Shown: positions 14,201-17,593 of the stretch, piece after piece
Layout of the letters: each line of letters opens with the position of its first letter
Numbering within the stretch: position 1 is the first letter of the stretch
Assembly: GCA_038870455.1 (NCBI GenBank)
Contig: JAWCPB010000024.1
Location: forward strand, 1 to 17,593
Reading direction: 5' to 3'
Origin: Candidatus Micrarchaeia archaeon
GTDB taxonomy: Archaea; Micrarchaeota; Micrarchaeia; Burarchaeales; JACRGF01
Length of the DNA stretch: 17,593 nucleotides
Made by a program: the position numbers and the translations under genes
The notes under the pieces: generated by a model
Seen by the model: the letters and a program-made list of their open reading frames with translations, nothing else
Databases searched by the model: none
Told to the model about the DNA's origin: nothing

Positions 14201-16616
14201 CATCAACGTCGAGCTGTGGTTCAGATGGGCCGATGGCACGGTGGAGAGGTATGATCGCAACAAGCACGCCGCGGCCCTCAGAAACAGACAGGGCGAGCTC
14301 ATGGCCCAGGCCAGGAAGCCGCTCACCCTGCGCGAGGCGTTCGAAAAGCCGAGCGTGTACTCCCTCTACGGATTAATTGAGAGTCACACCCTTCATCCTC
14401 TGCTGGCAGGCCTTGAGCGGGTGGTGATGGCCGCGACCATGCCGCGCGTGCAGGAGCTGTACGCCGCCAAAGCCTTCATAGAATACTCATCGCAAGTTGC
14501 ACGTGAGTTCAAATCAGAATGGGAAAAGGGTCTTTACAGCCAGTGGATGGCCGACCTGCTCAAGGAGGGAGGCACGGCTACCAGGAGCAACTTCACAATG
14601 TTGCGCGATCTGATGAGAGCCATCGATGCCGGGGGCGGCGCCGAGTACAGGGATGTTGATGGGTACTTTGGGGAACTGACAAGAGCGTTCGGCGCGCAGA
14701 GGCTCGGGGAGGAACAGGGAGGCGTGATGGTGTTCCAGAGGGCAAGAGTCGAGGAGGTGCTGAGGGGGGTGGAGAGAGAGCTGGGCGAGCTCGCCCGCTA
14801 CAACGCCGTGTACGAGGAGAGGTACAAGACGCACGGCGAGCGACTGGACCTTGAGGAGACGGTGATACCCTCACTGCTCCAGGAGAGGGAGGAGCTCCGC
14901 AGGCGCATGCAAAGATACGTGGGGCTGGCCGCGGCCGCCAGAGGAAGGGGCGATGAGACGCTGGCGGCATCGTATGAGAGAACGGTGGAGAACACAAGGA
15001 GGGAAATTGAAAGGTTGGATGAGAGGATCGCGAGAGCCAGGAAGAAGGCCGAAATCCTCCGCCTGCGCGAGAAGGCGTGGTGGCAGCTGAACAGCGATCT
15101 CAGAAGATACAGGCGACAAGTCAGAGAAAGGCGCGCCGAGCTTACCGAGAGAGAAGAGCTCGCGCTTACCAAGAGAGAAGAGCTCGCGTTTGAAAAGAGA
15201 GAAGAGCTCGCGTTTGAAAAGAGAGAAGAGCTCGCGTTTGAAAAGGAGATCGTGGAGGGACTTTCGGATGCGCTGTACTTCATGTATCACGTAGAGACCG
15301 TACGCCTTCCCATGCGCTACAAAACGCCCAGAGCGCACTCGGCGGCGTACGGCGCCTCGCTGTTCATTCCGGGCGGCTATGTGTGGGGGCCCATGAGTTA
15401 CCTGCATCCCATCGACCACATGGCCGGCAAATCATCGATGGGCTTCCTGTGGGGGCTCACGCTGAGCATGGAGGACCGCTTTGGGCACAGGTTCTTCAGG
15501 CTCACCAGGCCGTTCATACTGGCACGCCAAGGCATTCCATTCACCACCGACCCTGTGCAGGGCTACAAGCCGCACTCCTGGCTCAAGGCCACGTGGTACC
15601 TGATTAAGGGCGAGACATTCACCAGACCGGGCGAGGCTCTCGTGCCGAGGTACAAGAACAGGATTTACCTCGATGAGCTCAGGGGATATCGGTGGAAGCT
15701 CAGCCCGGCCGGCCGCTATCCACGCGAGGAGAGGTTTGCCGGCTGGCACGGGCTCGTGCCATGGCTCTCATACATGCTGAACGAGACGACCGGGGTGAGG
15801 GATGAAAACATGGCGTTCACCTTCCTCAAGGACAGGCTTCAGCAAATAACGCCCGAGCAGTCAAGGGACCTTGAGCTGCGCTCAAGAGGGCCTTTCTCGC
15901 CCGCCAACTACAACACTTGGTACACCACCTACCGCGGGCCCAATGCCATAAGGATGGGTGCTGCGATGGCGCGCTTTATCACTTTCAACTACCCACACCT
16001 GGCCACCCCCGCCTTGAGGGAAGCGGCAGAGCTCGAGCTGCTGCTCAAAAGCCGGAGCCTGCCTGAGCAGCTGAAGATGCTTGAGGATGAGTACGAGTTC
16101 CTCAAGCCCTGGAGGCAGCTCTCGCTCGCTTACGCCATGCCGCCCATCGCGATGTACGAGCTGACGCGGTGGCTGGTAGCCAAGGCGAGCTATCGCTCCA
16201 CATACGAGGAGCGCGAGAGGGCTCTTCAAAGCGGGCTGTGGAGAGTGAGCGCGGGCTTCAGGCGCAGATTCTGGGGATATCTGGGCCTCAGCGCGGTGAA
16301 GTGGACGGCCATTGCGGCGGCCGGAGTCACGGCCGGTCCGGTGGGCGCGGGCGCGGCCTACGGTGCATGGAGCTACATCAACTCTTATTATCCTGTCTAT
16401 CCACCCAACACGCTGGCGCAATGGTTCATGAAAAGGCGGGCCTCGCAGAGATACCCGCAAACGCATACCGATTACGCCTGGAAGACGGCGGAATGCCCGC
16501 ACTGCGGAAGTCACATCGGCGTGTTTGCACACTGGTGCCCGCACTGCCGCCAGAATGTTGACATGGGATGGCGGGCTCGGTGGGCGAGTCAACTCTCTGG
16601 TGGGGTGAGTCACTGA
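11235..16616 (+). CDS. Giant (1793 aa) membrane protein: signal peptide, Cys-rich ectodomain, TM helix, long helical/coiled-coil region, hydrophobic hairpin, C-terminal zinc ribbon
   Basis: Uninterrupted 5.4-kb ORF. Signal MRAALVLLLLAALAAA; 6 Cys in a beta-rich region (aa ~17-170); TM aa ~173-192 followed by GKSPLTLFDITTPRLP; Glu/Arg/Leu-rich body; hydrophobic aa ~1679-1715; CPHC-x10-CPHC at aa 1754-1771. Confidence 0.88.
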   Translation: MRAALVLLLLAALAAADEQCTGCTVTNLNLKLYEAETGYQAEAELSYVRVTAVSFPPFFDVGKITQPVPEAGEGNRLERGPLAGESISFYYYDAGQKAYVLLCGPVTTDPNGLAVCSLSGIPATSTCTNIKANYSGREEYKPSESARLIHCPASAMPFSLTNIFGSETQRMGYACLPLFILAGLLFSYMYVVGKSPLTLFDITTPRLPKPKKLAFKRVRRPEGWKQATRVYGLASIGFASTFARISEAYAKQLKEVAHSMLQPSEANAVARDIDSALAKRKSEERALALEAVYDRLVREYRRQGEPSALAFAMSRLQRTRYGVLRFVESEKVHAEAEKIVHAAAGIPRWTTRGIRIPGTRYYAQVPGLVFAGEAYGSVKMVVGVGLRALRAGTAGLALLGVKAAKRVTHIPTGAEEWLRRQAGFLTQLAGQYVVDHQEDLREIVEHKMPNEVKAQLILRLSRELAATAKLLNASDIEVLRVRALNPENGDRRFEELSNVAANAHTALLGEFNRLYADAENPATAARLAALNGMMMELTEAWSTCMSHWNNLSLIEAEWRGRRMSEEDYHRRVREIADEVLAFNQRFIERERQEAARQGRYPTTADVEWELDRQFLLTDPHERRFETFSRLTSDLARRPTLNLGEFEERARTGVINALGDGAADYREGVLERTYGPLGEARRQQIMLEELRELARRRGIGVTAESLEELRAQLIQQGGEECVRDIAVIERTWRERYVDEQRLHMLEGFAEQQGIQNLAELARRQDMLRAVGESMERVMGEYNRPRENAINALADELISAGVLDAGVKKRPLAQRIMRISEAESNNRRTVNILLRAARKAGRIREDLTRLRFVDAALHDELRTADPARREELLRVNLERLFDAGCLVHVGATEGATVRRRDFWSLVDILESTGLARRERGRVIVETEGERAEIIDTRRRLDELGVLRPGGAVTYEMTQQLPMIAQATGWYVFPIDDPKAINTIRLSKDDVPINVELWFRWADGTVERYDRNKHAAALRNRQGELMAQARKPLTLREAFEKPSVYSLYGLIESHTLHPLLAGLERVVMAATMPRVQELYAAKAFIEYSSQVAREFKSEWEKGLYSQWMADLLKEGGTATRSNFTMLRDLMRAIDAGGGAEYRDVDGYFGELTRAFGAQRLGEEQGGVMVFQRARVEEVLRGVERELGELARYNAVYEERYKTHGERLDLEETVIPSLLQEREELRRRMQRYVGLAAAARGRGDETLAASYERTVENTRREIERLDERIARARKKAEILRLREKAWWQLNSDLRRYRRQVRERRAELTEREELALTKREELAFEKREELAFEKREELAFEKEIVEGLSDALYFMYHVETVRLPMRYKTPRAHSAAYGASLFIPGGYVWGPMSYLHPIDHMAGKSSMGFLWGLTLSMEDRFGHRFFRLTRPFILARQGIPFTTDPVQGYKPHSWLKATWYLIKGETFTRPGEALVPRYKNRIYLDELRGYRWKLSPAGRYPREERFAGWHGLVPWLSYMLNETTGVRDENMAFTFLKDRLQQITPEQSRDLELRSRGPFSPANYNTWYTTYRGPNAIRMGAAMARFITFNYPHLATPALREAAELELLLKSRSLPEQLKMLEDEYEFLKPWRQLSLAYAMPPIAMYELTRWLVAKASYRSTYEERERALQSGLWRVSAGFRRRFWGYLGLSAVKWTAIAAAGVTAGPVGAGAAYGAWSYINSYYPVYPPNTLAQWFMKRRASQRYPQTHTDYAWKTAECPHCGSHIGVFAHWCPHCRQNVDMGWRARWASQLSGGVSH
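15141..15245 (+). repeat. In-frame 24-bp tandem repeat (KREELAFE units)
   Basis: AAGAGAGAAGAGCTCGCGTTTGAA occurs exactly three times (15171-15194, 15195-15218, 15219-15242), preceded by a variant copy GAGAGAGAAGAGCTCGCGCTTACC (15147-15170) and a partial CTTACC. Confidence 0.95.
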
Positions 16617-17593
16617 AAAAATCAGTTTTGTTGCTCGCGCTGCTACTGGCTGGCTGCCTTCAGAGCATGCTGTGGCGGCATGAAGACGTGTTAGCTGGCG
16701 CACAGCCCAACACTCAACTGAGCAGCGTTGCCGGCACTGATGAATGCTATGACACCGGCCCGTGCCTGTGCTTTGTTTGCACCAACAAAACCTCGGGATG
16801 GTGGATTTTTGCCGAAACATCGCTGGCCGAAGGCAACTGCACATTCATGTCCTGCAGTGGTGGTAATCCCAACGATCCTTTTTACATAAGCAACATCCTG
16901 TCTGACGAGAACACCTACCTCAAAACATTCATGATCGGGCAGGGCGCCACTTTTGCGGAGTTTGATGAGGCCAATCAGTATGTGGGGGCGCTTCCGCTGG
17001 CGGTCAAATGGCTAGTGAGAACCGATGGCCAGCCTCCTTACATCCCAAGCCGGAAGATGACCGAGTGCTATCTCGGGCACAACGTCATTCCGGCCTATGT
17101 GATTTATACAGGCGGAAAGCTTGGTGCGGCGAGCGGGTCGGCCTTCGCCGCGCAACTTGCGGCCGAATTGAAAGACGTCGGGCCGGTCATTGTGGTGCCC
17201 GAGGCCCGCTTTGACGCCACCAACTCGGGCGAGGTGGGCGCGGTGATGGCCGAGGCGGCCGCGCTCAAGGCAGGCTGCCCGAACTGCCTTGTGGCGTTTG
17301 TTCCCCGAGATGACCAGGCATTTGGGAATAAAGAAGCAGTGATGAGTGCGCTCTCACAAGCCAACATAGATTTGGTGGGCAGGGGAGTTCTGCTCAATGA
17401 GCTGAGCGCGCGCGAGCCGCCGTGCGATGCCGAGGAGGCGCTGCTCGAGGACATCGTGCCCTTTGCCAGAGAGGCGATGAAGTACTTCCACAAGCCGACA
17501 ATCATACTCTTCTATGGCGCCAGCGAGGGAGGCGCGTGCGGGCTGACCCGGCAGCAAATTGCCGATTTCAATGATTACATCATGCGGAACATC
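16613..17593 (+). CDS. Cys-rich lipoprotein with possible glycoside-hydrolase-like TIM-barrel region (partial, runs off right edge; not in ORF track)
   Basis: Manual translation is open for 327 codons: (M)KKSVLLLALLLAGCLQSMLWRHEDVLAG...DECYDTGPCLCFVCTNKTSGWW...GNCTFMSC...GPVIVVPEARFD...LKAGCPNCLVAFVP...IDLVGRGV...KPTIILFYG... It has an LAGC lipobox. The likely CTG start has SD GGGGTGA at 16602-16608; alternative starts are ATG 16568 and GTG 16580. Confidence 0.82.
   Translation, partial: MKKSVLLLALLLAGCLQSMLWRHEDVLAGAQPNTQLSSVAGTDECYDTGPCLCFVCTNKTSGWWIFAETSLAEGNCTFMSCSGGNPNDPFYISNILSDENTYLKTFMIGQGATFAEFDEANQYVGALPLAVKWLVRTDGQPPYIPSRKMTECYLGHNVIPAYVIYTGGKLGAASGSAFAAQLAAELKDVGPVIVVPEARFDATNSGEVGAVMAEAAALKAGCPNCLVAFVPRDDQAFGNKEAVMSALSQANIDLVGRGVLLNELSAREPPCDAEEALLEDIVPFAREAMKYFHKPTIILFYGASEGGACGLTRQQIADFNDYIMRNI

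Noticed and set aside
15141-15245. CRISPR array
   Set aside because: The repeats are head-to-tail with no spacers and lie in frame within a CDS. There are no cas genes in the window.
11235-16616. SMC/Rad50 ATPase, phage tape-measure protein or intein in the giant ORF
   Set aside because: No Walker A/B or ABC signature, no intein splice or LAGLIDADG motifs noticed, and no phage genes nearby. The signal peptide and TM anchor argue against these.
15882-16844. 320-aa minus-strand ORF
   Set aside because: Antisense to the giant protein and lipoprotein, with Arg/Pro-rich shadow composition.

Overview
GC-rich, densely packed archaeal chromosomal DNA. The archaeal call rests on GGGP synthase, Orc1/Cdc6, a TrmB-type regulator, an archaeal VapBC pair and TATA boxes about 25 nt upstream of starts. 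The gene content and the large Cys-rich surface proteins suggest a DPANN lineage such as Micrarchaeota (inference). Left to right on the minus strand: a truncated N-glycosylation-rich secreted protein, a YbjQ/UPF0145 gene with two mutually compensating frameshifts, a TrmB-like regulator, vapC/vapB, and two small 3-TM proteins. Then on the plus strand: an SDR epimerase/dehydratase coupled to GGGP synthase, four uncharacterised genes (one with a C-terminal PIP-like motif, one winged-HTH, one very basic) and cdc6/orc1. Then a 441-aa orphan membrane protein and an EndoIII-like HhH-GPD glycosylase (minus), pdxS-pdxT (plus), and finally a candidate envelope operon. That operon comprises a 1793-aa protein (signal peptide, Cys-rich ectodomain, TM helix, long helical/coiled-coil region with a 24-bp tandem repeat, Gly/Ala hydrophobic hairpin, C-terminal zinc ribbon) overlapping a Cys-rich lipoprotein gene that is missing from the ORF track, probably starts at CTG and runs off the window. 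This operon, possibly co-regulated with the 441-aa orphan, is the best candidate for an undescribed system.
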